Part shown: in pieces, positions 37,738 through 51,538 of the stretch
Numbering within the stretch: position 1 is the stretch's first letter
How the letters are laid out: each line of letters starts with the position of its first letter
Source: Eukaryota sp. GEM-RC1
Lineage: Eukaryota
Length of the DNA: 64,000 nt
Assembly: GCA_040285855.1 (NCBI GenBank)
Contig: JAUFOQ010000017.1
Coordinates: forward strand, 992,001 to 1,056,000
Reading direction: 5' to 3'
The notes under the pieces: generated by a model
The model's input: only the letters and a program-made list of their open reading frames with translations
Told to the model about the DNA's origin: nothing
The model's database searches: none
Position numbers and translations under genes: made by a program

Positions 37738-40700
37738 TTATCCAACTAAAGAGAAAATCCAGCCAATACTTAGAATTAACTCGAACAAATACAATAGAGA
37801 CATCATTGTTAGGGCTGTGACGATGAATCTATCCAATTTAACAACTCTGTTTGCAATAAATACCAACCCAAACACTTGAAAAGCCAAATAAACGAATAGA
37901 GGTAAAAAGTCAGAAAACATTAGTACAATAACTATAATATATACTGGATAATTTGGTTGCCCTTGTTGCTTCCATATAACGAAGACTATTATCGGAGAGT
38001 GAAGAACAAGAAGAATTACGGATGCGACCGAAATTTCTGAGAAAAATACCAAACGATAAACAAAGGAATATACAAAATTGACAGAAAAAAGAGATGCTAC
38101 AACTAGAAAGAAACTGTTATACCAATAGAATTCCTTCTTTACAGTATCAAACTTCTTGAAAAATGTAAAAAGGAACCAAAAATTGAATTTTCCCATCAGA
38201 AACAACATAACAACAGGTGTAACCCGGGTGGGATCAAAGAAAAACACCACACGGACATATTCAAAAACAGTTTTTAAATCAGATATTCTTCCAGTAAACA
38301 CTACCGGAATAACCAACAATAAAAGAGTTCCAAAACGAATACTAAGAAGAAATGATTCAGAAAAACGATTCTTGACGTCAGACCAATCAGAGCTGTGCCC
38401 ATCAAACACAAACAAAAATCGTTGTAAAGTTTGCTTTTTGATAAAGAAAGATAAAGTTAAGTAATCAGAAATCAATGATCCCACGACATAGCCCATTAAA
38501 ACACACAAACCAATCCAAAAATTGGTAAAATTTAAATTGAGACAAACAAAATCAGAAATAACTGATGACGAAGGACATAAATGACAATGAGATCCGAAAG
38601 AGTACGACATACAGCTGTTGTTTCTACAGTTGTACCAATAATAACACTCATAAACGTCATTTGATTGATACAAATATCCAGTTTCAAGTCTTTGAATATC
38701 TCCATAAAAACAAGTAATTAATCTAGGACAAAAAATACATTCATTGTTTAAGTCCAAAAACTGTAAAGGACAAACACAGTGATTAAAAGAAGAAGAACCA
38801 GTGGAAAGAGTAACTCTGGGGTATGGACATTGTCGACATTGGGAATTGAAATCTGCAGCAGAAATGAAATTTTGAGGACATTCAACACATGTACCATCCT
38901 CATTGAACTCAAAACCAGGATGACAGAAGCAGCCAGCATCACTCTGAGCTCTGCTTGATGGACATGACAGGATATCGATCGAGAACTGAAGATCATAACT
39001 GTCATACATCACATCAACTATACAGGAAGTCTCTGGAAATCCAAATATTTGGACATGAGTTTGGTTAAGACTGGACAGAATACAATTATCGGTAGTCAAT
39101 TTCAAATCTTCGGAAAACAAGGGTTGTGTAACATTTTCAGTGGACAAAAGTGAAATGAAGTAAGCATTAAAAGAGAACAACAAACATGAATATTCAAATG
39201 AGTGAGGATCTTCACAGGTTTGAATATTAGAAATTGAAAATTCAAATATTTGATCAGTTGTTTGGAAAACATTAAAGCTAAAATCAAAAATACTATTGAA
39301 AATTGCGAAAGACATTGTGTTTAGACCAAGGACTGGAAAATCATCTAAAGTTAAGACCAATGTAGTATTTGACAAAGAAGACGAAGAAGACGTTAAGCTA
39401 GAGTCAGCAACAAAATGCTCAGAGCCGCAACTGACAGGAAAGCCAACTGGGTCAAAACAAACAACTTCTATATTTAAAAAGTTCTGTGATGGATCAAAAA
39501 GAACAGGAGAATTTTGAATATTAATCGAAATTGGATTTGATTCAGTAAACGTATGAGAAAACGGTATAGAAGGAATAAAACAATCAAATGTTTCAATTCT
39601 CAAATTCAAAGTTAGAATTTTCAAACCATTCAAATTTCGGGTATATGATTGAGCTGTGAAATCCGACATCAATAATCGTTGTTTAAGATGATCGATTGCT
39701 GTAAAAAACTGTCCATCAAAAATGATTACAGAACTAATTGGAAGAAGATCACCAGCAGAAGTCTGGCCAATATTTAAATTAATTGGAGAAACACAATGTC
39801 CAGAGGGGTAGCCGTAGAATTCAAGTTCAAGAAGAACTAATGGAAGTGTAAAGTAAATAGCTGCAGTACCAACAGCGGGCTCAAAGTCAGAAAATTCACA
39901 GATCTTGGTATAAGAGAAACCACTTGGAATAACAAAACAATCAAAATTGATTGAGATGTTGACGTTGACTACAAAGCTGAAAGGCGCCAGAGAAGCAATT
40001 TCCTCACAGCTACCGTTTACTGGAAACAACAATTTTAGAAACATCGTATGGAATTAGAAAATCAATAAATACTGAATCGTGTCCATCAAAAACACTCCAC
40101 AATCACTCAAACGAGTAGCGCAACATCGTGCTCCATCAACTATCAAATCAGTGTTGTCAATATGAATTGAAGACGATATAGAAAGGTCAGAAATAAGAGG
40201 TTCACTGGACAAAGGAAGAAAGCAAATTTCTTCTAGAAAGGCCTCACCAGAAACGAAACAAGAATTAATTATAATATTATTGAACCAAACAGATAATTCA
40301 GTAGAACGGAGAAATGTGGTAATTTGTATACCTTGGCAGATTAAAATATTACCATCAGTTTCGGCCTGGTAAAACGTACCTTGAACTTCACAATGAAAAA
40401 TATTATTTAAATCAAAAGTAGAAATTAACAAAACATCTCGAGATTCAAAAACACTGACAAAGTCCATCGTAGAAAAAGAATAATTAAATACTGTGAAATT
40501 TGAAAAATTCTGTGAGAAAAATCCCCAATTCTTCCACCAAAGTTCAAAATCACTTCTTCCAGGTGTAAAGTCAATGTGTGACAAATTTAATTGGAACGAT
40601 GACGTTAACAGATTCCCGGAATGATAATCAGAAAGATGACGAACATGAGAATCATCAATCTGCCAGTCATTTACATAAAACGAATGACTCACATTTTTAG

Positions 40701-43700
40701 TTGAGGAAATAGTCAACTCAATGAAAACGTCATCAATCACAGAAAAATAGGGATAGCTGGTCATGACAATCAATGGAGGAGCAATAGCAGTACACGAAAG
40801 CTCAAAAGTAAAAGAAGACTGTTTGTAATTCACAGTGACTTCTATGGAAGTCAATCCAACTTCAGGAGCATAGAAAACAAAGAATACATGATCGGATGAT
40901 ATCTCGCAATTGAAATCACATTCAACAGACCAGCTGTCAAAAGATGAAAACATCGACATATTTACATACATTGGATGATTTAATTCAACCATTGAAGGTA
41001 CAAAATCATCGGTAAAATCAATAACTTGGGTTACCAAAAGTGATTGATTATTTTGATTCAGATAGAGACGTTTACAATCAGAATTGATCAACGAAATTAC
41101 ATTTAGTCCAACATTTACAGAGAATTCACTTGATCCACAACTTAAATAGAGCTCAGCAATTTCAGCTTCCAAATATGCCTCAATCGTGGAGTTTGATTGA
41201 ACAAAAGGAGGAATAACAAAAAAAGAATCGACAGACACTGAAAAATCAAGTACATATGAGTCATTAAAGGAAGTAGCAATTAAAGAGTAGTTACCAGGGG
41301 CCAGCAATTCAATCCACCCAGAAATTGCAGAAACGGTGACATAATCAAGAACAAAATTTAAATTTTGAAAAGCAATACTACCATTGATAACGTCTCTGTG
41401 ATAAAAATCAACTCCATCCAGTCCAATCATAACTCGTCGTTTTGAAGAAGTTCCAAACCACTGGAAAAAGAAGGAGCAACACTGAAAGGCGAGACGACAA
41501 AAGGCATATCATAAACATAGAAGCAGCCCCAGTGAGTACAAAGAGGAATCTCTGGAAAGCCTTTGAGAGAAGATGAAAAAACAAGAAATATAGACTCTTT
41601 TGCACTAGTAAAATTTAAAATATTTAGTGATTCGTCTAGAGAAGGTCCAAGAACAGTATCGTCGAGATTAATGAAAGGATGCAGAGAAACAATTTGTAAG
41701 AAACAGGGAGTAAAAGTAAAACAAACAGAAGTCGGGGGAAGGGCAATAACGTTTGTGATAGGAATGGATAATTGAATTTCAAATACAGCATTAAATGAAA
41801 ATTCAATAGAAAAATAGTTTTCACCAGCAACAACACCAGTTTCAATGTGGATGCCATCTTTTACAGTTACATTAGCAGGAGGAATTGAAAAAGAATTGAG
41901 GTATTTGCAAAACACTGAATAATTTGACCAAGTGAAATGAACGCCGTCTCTATATAGACAACACCACCAACAGGGGGTAGCATAACTGGGTTATAAGAAA
42001 TTGAAGGTAAAACGAGATTTAAAATGAAGGTATTACTAGTTTGATTGCCAACAACTAAATAAATAGGAATAGTTGAAGTCGACAGTGGGCATATGGCAGA
42101 TATCCAAAGAAAAATTTGACGATGAGAATGAGAAAGTATTGTCAGATCTGCAACAGCAGAAGACAAAGACAAATAATCTAAATTATTTGAAAAATTGTCA
42201 CCAATAAGCCTGAGCTCTCCAGCAAGAGGAAAATCGTAGGGTTCAATTACAAAAATGTCTGGTTTTCTGTAACAAAACCTAGTTGACGTGACACAACTAT
42301 CAGTGGATCTGGAAAGATTTAAGTGATGACATCCATCACCTGCCAAGAACAACACAGTCAAAAATGAGTGATTGGACCCAGTATAAGTAGAATCCAAGTA
42401 AATCACGTCAGAAAAAGAGCTCACAATCACTGATTCCAATCCAAAATTATTACCAGTTATACCAAAGTGACCACCACCTGTACGAGGTGAGACAAAATCA
42501 AATTCAATAGGACATATAGAAACAAAACAATTCTGTTGAAAAGTCAAGACATCAACTAAAAAACGGGTTACAAGAGAACAGATGGAAGTTGAATTAGAGG
42601 TGACGTTATTTAAAGTGATAACAATAGAATTAGATTGAAAATCAACTGTGTTGTCAGAAGCATGAAACGTGTCAACAGTCAAAGAATCTTTCAGGAAAGT
42701 TGCATTGTTCACAGGAAAGGTGACCACACAATGATTTGTACGACAACAAGATTGATCTGGATAAACTGAGAAATCAGGCCTAAACCAGCCAAATTGATAA
42801 TCAAATTTGATTGAAACAATTGACTGGACTCATCTTTAATGAATTCGGAGCAAATAATTGGAAAATCTGGGGATAAGTAGACATTAGAGTTTAGCAGTGT
42901 CAGTGAAAAAATAAATATAGAACTATTCAGATTAAGTAAAGTTAATTCACTGTCACTGAGATCAATGACGTATGAATAGATGCCGATGCTTTTCATAAAC
43001 ATCACGTCATCAAAAGAGACCTCAGAAGACTCAGAAAAGATCAAATTGTGATTGGAAGGTGATGACTGTGAAATGATCTCTGAGTGATTGAAGGAAACTG
43101 TAGAAGAAACAAAGAGGGAGTTGTTAACTGTGATTGAAGCAAAAGAAATGGTGATGGTGCAATTAGACGAATCGAAACTGAACGATCCTGCATAATTTGA
43201 AATTTTTACAATGGAATCAGTACATATAACATTCAAATAATTGTTTTGTTCATTTCGAATCTCTGGTGTAATTATCAAAAACCCATCTTCTACAACAATT
43301 GTTTGGTTAGAATACGACTGAAAGATGGAATTAACAACAACAGAAGCACCAGTCGTAATCACTTTTGATCCATGTCCTTGAAGAATAACAGTAGAGATCA
43401 TGATTGAATTATGACCATTAAAGGTACCACAATACCACTCAAGATACTCGACATTAAGAGTAGAAACTGTTTCAATTGTTGAACATTCTTCCTTTCCTAA
43501 TAGAACATTAGAAAAATCAGAACCATGACTAGATTCTAAAATCAAAAGTCCATTGACTTCAAGAGACTTGATATCAAAGAAAGCATGAGAGACCAACTTA
43601 CCACTGACAAGAACATTAGTACTTAAATTAAAGTGGGAAGCAGATTCAATAAAGGACTCATCCTTAAATTCAACTTTAGACTCAGTATCGAGTGAAACAA

Positions 43701-45332
43701 CTTTAACATCATTTGAGGTGCCAACCCAGCAAATTGACCCATCAACGCCAGCAAAGGCAACCGACAAGCCACTGAGTGTTGAAGTTACTTTTCCTGGAAG
43801 GTCATTTGGATCACCATCATAATGATCTCTTCCTAAAATTTTCCTGTTGTCAGGATTCGATCCCCAAGACCACAATTGTCCAGTTTCATCAATTGCTAGC
43901 GAATGCTTATATCCAGCTGACACAGAGACAATTTTGTATGAGAATGTCACTTTTGAGGATAATCAAAAGAATCATCAGAACCCAGGCCCAATCTTCCTAA
44001 AATAAGTCAAAAATTTAAATATTCAAACCATTTGCTCCAGAGCCCCAGCTCCAAACGTTACCATCAACATCAAGGGCTAGTGCATGATCCTGAGAATTAT
44101 CAATGAAGACAAACTCTGCAGGGGTTTCAAACCTTGTTGGAAGCAGAACTGTTTGATTTTTAATTTCTTCTTCATCTGCAGATAATTCACTATCACGAAG
44201 CATTCTGCCACATCTCCAAACAGTTCCATCATTTTTGATTATGAAAGTAGCAAACTCTCCATTGGAGATAAACTTGTGGTCTGTGACTGTAGTAATTAAA
44301 ATAGGATCATGGTGATTAATTTCATCACCATTACAAAGTCCTCCATAGATTCCTTCACCCCAAACGTAAACGTCATCATCCTCAGTGATTGCAAACACAT
44401 TCCTTCTTCGACCATATAGTTTCTTGATTGGGGGAATTCCCTTAACTTCTTCAGGAGGGTCAACAGTGTTGCCTGTGTCATCTCCTAGTCCTAAATGTCC
44501 ATAATTATAATTATACCCTCCCCAGCTGAAGACTTGCCCTGTTGTGGAGAGTGCCAGTCGACCTTGATGTGTAATCACTAAAATTTGTTTAATTACGGGT
44601 AGTTCTATCACTTGCTTGTAAAACCCACCTGTGTTTTCAGCGATTCCTTGACCTAATTGCCCATTTCCAGAATGTCCACTACTGAGAACAGTTCCGTTCT
44701 GTAACAGTACAACTGATGAAGGTCCTGCAATCCCTGCTTGGACCACATTTTCAGAGAAATATGCTTCTTGAGGGGGGAAGAAATACAGGGCCATCAGTAT
44801 GACCAAGACCAAGACTACCATGTTGATTACGTCCGAAACCAATGGTCTTATTGGTGTAACCTGAGGTAGATATGGTAGTTCCTTGGAATAAGACATGAGC
44901 ACCGCTATCAAGCAAAAGAGACTCACCAGACCAGTTCAAGGACTCTGTGACTATAAGCTTGGTGTTTGACAGAGTACTAGGTTCAGAGAGAAGAAGTTGG
45001 AGATTGGGAACACGGATAGTGGAAGGCAATTTACCTTGTATGAATCCATTGACCCAACTTAGAGTATTAGTGACAGTGAGAGTGATTCCAGAGGATAAAG
45101 AGATTGTAGGAAGATTGGAGAGGTAAATCGACGAAGCAAATGAATCCTCATCGATGGAAACGACGATATCAGAAGAAGAGGGAGAGATTGTCACGTCAGA
45201 AGTAGATGTAGGTGAAGAAGGATCCCAGTTGTCATCTGAAGACCAAATTCCCGAGACGAGAGAATTCCAAGTGACCTGTTGGCAGTATGCAAACGCCAAT
45301 ATATACAAGGACAGGACAGCAATGAGAAGCAT
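37738..45332 (-). CDS. Giant (~2500 aa) surface protein: signal peptide, beta-rich repeat, RCC1 repeats, IPT/TIG-like domains, Cys-rich repeats, C-terminal multi-TM region
   Basis: Signal MLLIAVLSLYILAFAYC. RCC1: GRNQHGSLGLG, VFSWGG..GHLGLG, VSAGYKHSLAIDETGQLWSWG. IPT: GGGHFGITGNNFG, LRLIGDNF. Cys-rich: CFCHPGF..CVECP..CRQCP. About 7-8 terminal TM helices. Joined across 7 ORFs by one intron and homopolymer shifts. Confidence 0.75.
43997..44028 (-). other. 32-nt spliceosomal intron
   Basis: GTTTGAATATTTAAATTTTTGACTTATTTTAG. Removal gives the RCC1 repeat WSWGSGANGRLGLG. Confidence 0.93.
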
Positions 45333-45389
45333 ATTAATCAGATCATCGAGATGGAAACTGATGAAACAAATTGTCGATTGACTTTTTGG

Positions 45390-46454
45390 CAGGGGTGTGA
45401 ACATATTTATTTAAATATATTGTATACTGTTTTCGATAAAAATAAATATATTGTTATTGTTTTTGACAGAAATAAATACAGAAGAAGAAATTGTTTATTC
45501 GGCACCCAATAAGGTAACCTTCCTACAAACTATGAAATTGTAAAAACAAACAAATAATACTAAAAAATACAGTGTATATTGTTATTGTTATCGAAAACTT
45601 TTATAATAAACACTAGTACCTAAAAAAAATATATTTATATATTGTCAATAAATATTGGTCCAGCCGGTTTAAAGTTTTTCAGTGTTTTTAGTCTTTTATG
45701 TCGTTCTAATGGCAAGGTGTTTAATAGCGCTGTATGGATTAATCGAAGTATGTTCGCTCTTTATAGAAGCATTCCCAAGTATTTATGTTCCATTTATTCG
45801 AAGTTGTATAGGGACAATTCTCGTGTTGATGTGGAGAATTTAACTTCTTTCATTTTCTGAATTAGTATGTATTAATTTATTGTTGCAAATAAACTCTTAT
45901 ATATATAAATTTTGGTTAATTTTATTTAGTTTCTATATGTCAATAATCAGACAAGAACAGCTCTAACACTTTTTATCATATATCAAATGTTCTTCAGACT
46001 CATCATCGTCCTAAAGGAGCTCACTAGATTGTGTAGTGAATAAGACTCTGATTGAAGATACTTTGTTGAAGTAACTCCAATTGCACAACAACAGAACAGT
46101 TTGGGTTTCCGTCGTATTAAGCAGGACAAATCGTGTCAAGTACAGATTTGAACAGGAGTGGGTAACAATTTCTTTATGTTCAGACATAAAAAAGACTCAG
46201 ATAGAACTGTATCGTGCTCAGCAACCTCCAATCGATCACTTTACACTGTATTTCTTCAAAAATGGCACAATGTATTACTATAAAAACAGACAAAATAGGA
46301 CACCAATATATTTAAATATATTGCAATATATTGCAATAATATTGTTTATTGTTTCGACCAACAATAAATATATTGTGGGTAACTCGCAGAACAATAAATA
46401 AATAAATAGATATTTGCAATAAATACAATATAAATATATTTTTTCTCACCCCTG
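45390..46454 (+). mobile_element. hAT-type non-autonomous element, 1065 bp, with nested retroelement fragments
   Basis: TIRs CAGGGGTGTGAA / TTCTCACCCCTG. TSD CTTTTTGG (45382-45389) / CTTTGTGG (46455-46462). Nested CRE-like 3' piece 45652-45937 with TSD TGTCAATAA. Confidence 0.85.
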
Positions 46455-46705
46455 CTTTGTGGTTCAATTATTGGTTATTAATGAAAGGCTTCTTATTTAC
46501 AATGACAAATAAAAGAGTATTATACCAAAGGAGAAACCAATACCTCATCATCCTCATAATTATGTCTCAAATCAAGGACATAAATTGAACTAAACTTGAC
46601 TAGTAGGGTTTACTGTAGAGTTTTACTTTATATTTACTCGGACTCTACTGGACTAATTAGTGCAGTAAAATATGTGTTTTCCAGTTTCAGGTTTTCAATG
46701 TAAAC

Positions 46706-46804
46706 CAGTGAACGCTAACACGTTCAAAATCGAATCTAACACGTGTTAACACGTGTTAACACGCGTGTTACGTGTCAGGCCGTGTTACGTGTTAGCGTTC
46801 ACTG
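46706..46804 (+). mobile_element. 99-bp hAT-type MITE
   Basis: Perfect 18-bp TIR CAGTGAACGCTAACACGT and perfect 8-bp TSD ATGTAAAC. Interior is made of AACACG/CGTGTT motifs. Confidence 0.95.
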
Positions 46805-47276
46805 ATGTAAACAGCTCCAAAGTATTCTAGTTTAGTTCAGTACATCTAATTTAAAAATCATAAAAGATATTGTCGAGATCAACTAGACAGTTTATCAATC
46901 ATAATTCTAGTCATGAGAAAAAGAGTAAATATCACAAACCAAATCTGATGATTTCATTTCAGACATGCCTCAAAAAAATGAAAATAGGGAACACTGTCGA
47001 TGTAGTTCCACAGTTGTCTCTAGGCCCTATCAAAAAAGTCTTATGACAGGATTAACGTACTAGTACATTTATTGAAAAACAACCAAACTTCTGAAATATT
47101 GGGGACATCTTCAATCTTTGATATATCCCTTATAAATTCGGTGAAATCAATGTTGAAATCACTTCTTGGGGTAGTACTAGTAGTAAGGTGGACAGTCATT
47201 TTACAACTATTGAGCAACATCAAATACTAAGAATTACAAAGAGTCTTGACATTGTTTTTGTTTTATTACATTTACA

Positions 47277-48774
47277 TTACCAAATCATTACGCAACGTCT
47301 ATTCTTCCCTTTCAAAATCTCCTTCAAAAAAGTACGAACAATAGGTTCAACAAAATCCATATTCCAACTCATCATAAAGTGATCACAATCAACACAACGA
47401 TGCTGAACAGATCGTGATGACATCAACAAATGATCAGATTGCAAAATCCCTCCCCAATACTCAATCTCAGCTTCAGGTAAAGGCAGATATTCAGGGGCTT
47501 TCCCAGCAGAAAACACATGCACTGGCTTATCCTCAAGAATATCTCTATCATCTTGTCCAGGTCTATGTTCCTCTAAATACTCAGAGATCAGTTCCAACGA
47601 ATCAGCACGATACTGGGACAGCTCTCTTGCCCAAGCACGTTGATGCTTCTCAGTACGATAGAAACCTCCAATGTAAGGACCGTGGTCAGGCAATGCAGCC
47701 CAACTAGGATATGACATCATTGAGACTGCTCCAAACCCACGTAGGAAAGTACCAAGAGGCCGGGGGATGGAATCGAAGAGAACACCATAGGCTTCAGAAG
47801 TAAGAAATCGTCCAGTATAGTTATGATATTTAATGGCATAACTACGATCCAAACAATGATGTGTTGTCGCGTCAAAAAGCAATGCCCCAGATAAAGAAGC
47901 CACGTCATTATAGACAATACGATCATTAGCACCAGCAATGGAATGACTGGCCAATACGAGTTTCTTATTGTGGAAATATGAAGAGTAGATGTGATCAGAT
48001 GAAACAAGATTAAATAACAGATTACTCAGCACTTGACCACTAGTGAAGCTGCTACCATCATAGTCATTTGGAATGGGTGAATGACCAAGACCAGGCCTGT
48101 CTATTAAGCAGAAGGCAGCTGAGTCAATGAGACGGTCTTTGAAGGGAAGGAAAGTAGCGGCTGGGCCACCCATTCCTTGATCAGTGATTATGGTAATAGG
48201 AAGGGATGAGTTACCGTAGCATACAACGTGGATAGAAACTTTGGCGAAGTTTGGGACTGCGAAGAAGTGGCCAGGAGGTCGATGTACAAGAGTAAAGGAG
48301 ACGTCATGGAATGTTTGTAAGGCCAGAAGAAAGAAAAAGAAAAAGTGTGATGACTGCGATTGGGTAGGAAAAGAAAGAGGGTTTTCTTTGAGCTATGTTG
48401 TGATCGAATTTTGGTTCTATAGGATCAGACACAATGGTTAAAAGAAGATCAGGATCATTCTCTGGCGGAGGACGCTGGAGCAAGATCATATAACCCACAG
48501 AGAACAATACAGAAACAAAGGACATCGTGATAGCAGTAAGGTCGCGGGACAAAAACGAAGTGGCAAAGAAAAGAACGGTTAACACCAGACATAACAGGGA
48601 TACAACACCGAGAAAGAAGGAGCGACGTTGATTATTACGTATAAGAACAGATAAAAGGCCAATCAAAAAAGTGACAAAACTAGAAGCAGCAACAAATCCG
48701 TTTCGTGTTGAGAAAGCAGAGAGCAGAAACAACACAGGAATAATGGTCACCAGCAGTCGCGTTGACCTGAACAT
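47277..48774 (-). CDS. Membrane-anchored alpha/beta hydrolase (N-terminal TM helices), one frameshift near 48330-48345
   Basis: PPGHFFAV..IHVVCYG, IDRPGLGHS, LASHSIAG (nucleophile elbow), LLFDA, CDHF. Confidence 0.75.
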
Positions 48775-49759
48775 CAAGATGAGATTGAATTTTGACTTCA
48801 AAAAATAATGAGACTTCGCCTTCTAGACATTATAAATTTCCATTTCCACAACATCTGTTTTTTGTCTCCCAAAATCACACCGACCGCCATTGCGGTCATT
48901 CCATTAAATATTATAAAGACAATGATCTAACAAAAACCAACTGTTGCTTCTGAGGACACATATGAGGATAGTTTTGTTGTATCCAAAGCATCCACACAGA
49001 CTGCACTTTCTTTATTCTATTACCATCGGTGATTGTTGTTGAACTTCACTCGCTCTTCTTTTCAGTGTACTTGGTAGGCTTACAGGTGGCTGTTTGATGG
49101 AAACAGGACACTATCTTCTGTTTGTCAACCACATCATCAACACCAGAAATTCTTCCCTTGTATACACAAACATATGTCATACCACTGTACAATGTCGACA
49201 ATCTATATGATAATAAAACACTTGGAAAACAAACCTTGTTCAATACCGAGATTTGAGCAGGATGCTGGCATCGCATTTGATAAACGGTCAATGTAGGGGG
49301 GCAACGCAGCATATGAATACTATACAGCAGCTACTGAGACAACCTGATGGTTCTATCGGCTTTTTTTAGGACAAAGTCATCTCGCAGCAAGAACCGCGGA
49401 AGGCATTGTTCCCTGTTTGGTACTCTTGCACAACAGCTTTTGTGTTTCTGAAAGCTCTTAACAATCCATGAAGTCTCGGAAGCGAAGAAACGAAAGGAAC
49501 AGCTGTGTCTCTACATCCCCCGTTTCTTGATATATTCTTGTTATCAAAGAGTTATTAGATCAACTTTATTGTTGAAGGCTTCGCCGATATTCATACAACT
49601 ACAAGTGATCCCTTACAGGACTTTAAAGGGATTTGTAAAGGGAACGCAAATGTAAGAGCGGAAGCATCAGTATATGTAAGGTTATGTGAAGATTAGCTCC
49701 AATGTGGAAATGGAAATTAGTGTTGTTGAAAGTGTGTTTTTGGTAGATTTCTCAAAAAT

Positions 49760-50440
49760 AATTGCAATAAATTGTGCCTTGTTGTTTTCCAACAATACCG
49801 TACTGCAGAACTGTATGTAGTTGCAATACTGTATTGCATTAATTGGTCCTGTTGCAATACTGTATTGCAATAATTTGAACGACAAATTCTTGTTCTTAAC
49901 ATATCTCTTCATCTTTAAATATATTCTACATACAGTGTATTTATCAATATATTGATTACAACACTAGTTGCCGATGAGAAACTGTTTCAGCACATTAAAT
50001 ACCCCTTTGATACTCTTCTTTGAAAGAAAAAACTCCACGTTTCAGATGGAAAAACGTATGGATTTCTTACTGTCGATTTGCTGAGACAGCTTTGATCGCT
50101 GAATTTGGTTGCTTTACTTGCCGTACAACTGCTGACTAAGTTGACATAATTCGTCTTTTCAAATCCATCATCTTAGTGACCCGTTAGATTATACACTGGC
50201 CTTAACAACATGAGCCAATTAGTCATAATATTAGCTATGAAAACATTGTACTACTGTAGTAGTATAACAAGAATAATCAATAGAATGTGTCCAAAAATGG
50301 TCTGGTTATTGCTTACAATCACTACAATACCGAATCAAACGCAATATTGCACTGCATTAATCCAAGCATGTGCAATACTGATTGATTTGAAGGTCAAATA
50401 CCAATACCAATATATTACAATCCAATATTACCTAGCCATG
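49760..50440. mobile_element. Probable degraded MITE with TATTGCAATA motif clusters
   Basis: Dense ATTGCAATA/CAATAC motifs at 49760-49870 and 50320-50430, like those in 22346-22887. Only a right-end-like sequence (...CTAGCCATG) was seen; no TSD confirmed. Confidence 0.4.
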
Positions 50441-50599
50441 TGTATACATATGCATTTCCGATGAAAATGACAGACATCACTGTAATAAAGAAGGTCATAA
50501 CGGAAGCAAAAATAAACAAATTTATAAAAAAGATGACAAAGCATTAAACAGATGTCATCAAACAGGAATCAATAAACTACCTGTGAAAAGAAAACAAAT

Positions 50600-51538
50600 C
50601 TAATAGAAATCATTGCCAAAACCAGCAAGACTAATGTCATCAAACGAGGTGGAAATCTTGTCTTCATCCCCAATCGTGTTAAGAGACACACATGGATCTT
50701 CAACCTTCTCAAAGGGATAGTGATCAGTAAACTGTTGTTTGTGGGAAACAGTCACAGGAGCAGACATGGGATTGAAAAGGGAGGAAGAAGTCGTGGAAGA
50801 TAGTGTAGAGGATGTGGGGAAAACGCCAGAGGGTAAATCATCCAAGGTTTCCTTCCGAATAGCAACTCTAGTAGATAATCGAGCTCTTGCTAGTCGACGC
50901 TTCAATGTTGAAGATGATATAGAAACGCCTTGTTCCCTAAGCGCAGCAAGAATCTCATCTTGGGTTTTCCCTTGATCAACCAGAGCTTTTAAAGTCTCTA
51001 AAGGAATCTCCTTAGGAGGCCTTCCACGACGACGATTGGAGTTGTTGGCTGGCTGGCCTGAGGCAGGCATAAAGCGGGAAGCGGCAGAATAATAACCCGA
51101 GGATGGAGGAGCAGGAACTAGGTGATATCCATAAGAATGTCCTTGATAAATTGGAATCGGCACTGGCGACATCTGGTGCGGCATCACATAGACAACGTTG
51201 TTGGGATCCATGCCGTTGAGAGCAGGAAATGGCATTACTTGGGGAACGATGGGGTACTGATGTGAGAAAACTTGTGCTTGACGAAAGCAGTTATTGTTGT
51301 GAGCACAGGTACGACAACGATAAGGAGAACATCCATCACCAAGAGATTGATACGAATAATGTTCAATATCGTTATTGTAGGTGCTAGACATTGCAGCCGG
51401 CACATCAGCATTTGAAGGAGAAGACACTGGTTTCACCGACTCATCATAGCTGTCGGCTGGTGAAGTCTTGGGGACAGAAAGATCCGTATTATCAACGTCA
51501 TTTTGAGATGCATACAGAATAGTCATTTGCAGGAGCAA
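50600..51538 (-). CDS. Low-complexity protein with AT-hook followed by a Clr5-like HTH (putative transcription regulator); 5' end uncertain, may extend to 51787
   Basis: RRRGRPPK directly followed by EIPLETLKALVDQGKTQDEILAALREQGVSISSSTLKRRL. Confidence 0.6.
   Translation of the reverse strand: MLLQMTILYASQNDVDNTDLSVPKTSPADSYDESVKPVSSPSNADVPAAMSSTYNNDIEHYSYQSLGDGCSPYRCRTCAHNNNCFRQAQVFSHQYPIVPQVMPFPALNGMDPNNVVYVMPHQMSPVPIPIYQGHSYGYHLVPAPPSSGYYSAASRFMPASGQPANNSNRRRGRPPKEIPLETLKALVDQGKTQDEILAALREQGVSISSSTLKRRLARARLSTRVAIRKETLDDLPSGVFPTSSTLSSTTSSSLFNPMSAPVTVSHKQQFTDHYPFEKVEDPCVSLNTIGDEDKISTSFDDISLAGFGNDFY

Noticed and set aside
34460..40060. Stop-codon reassignment suggested by in-frame stops (35517-35519, 35868-35870, 40054-40056)
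   Set aside because: TAA and TAG end well-conserved genes here (RPL3, msrAB, DUF2828), and no conserved gene needs readthrough of any stop. The isolated stops are of different types and fit pseudogenisation or paired indels.
46880..47223. hATC dimerization-domain remnant
   Set aside because: Only a faint TTVE..R..S resemblance; too degraded to support.
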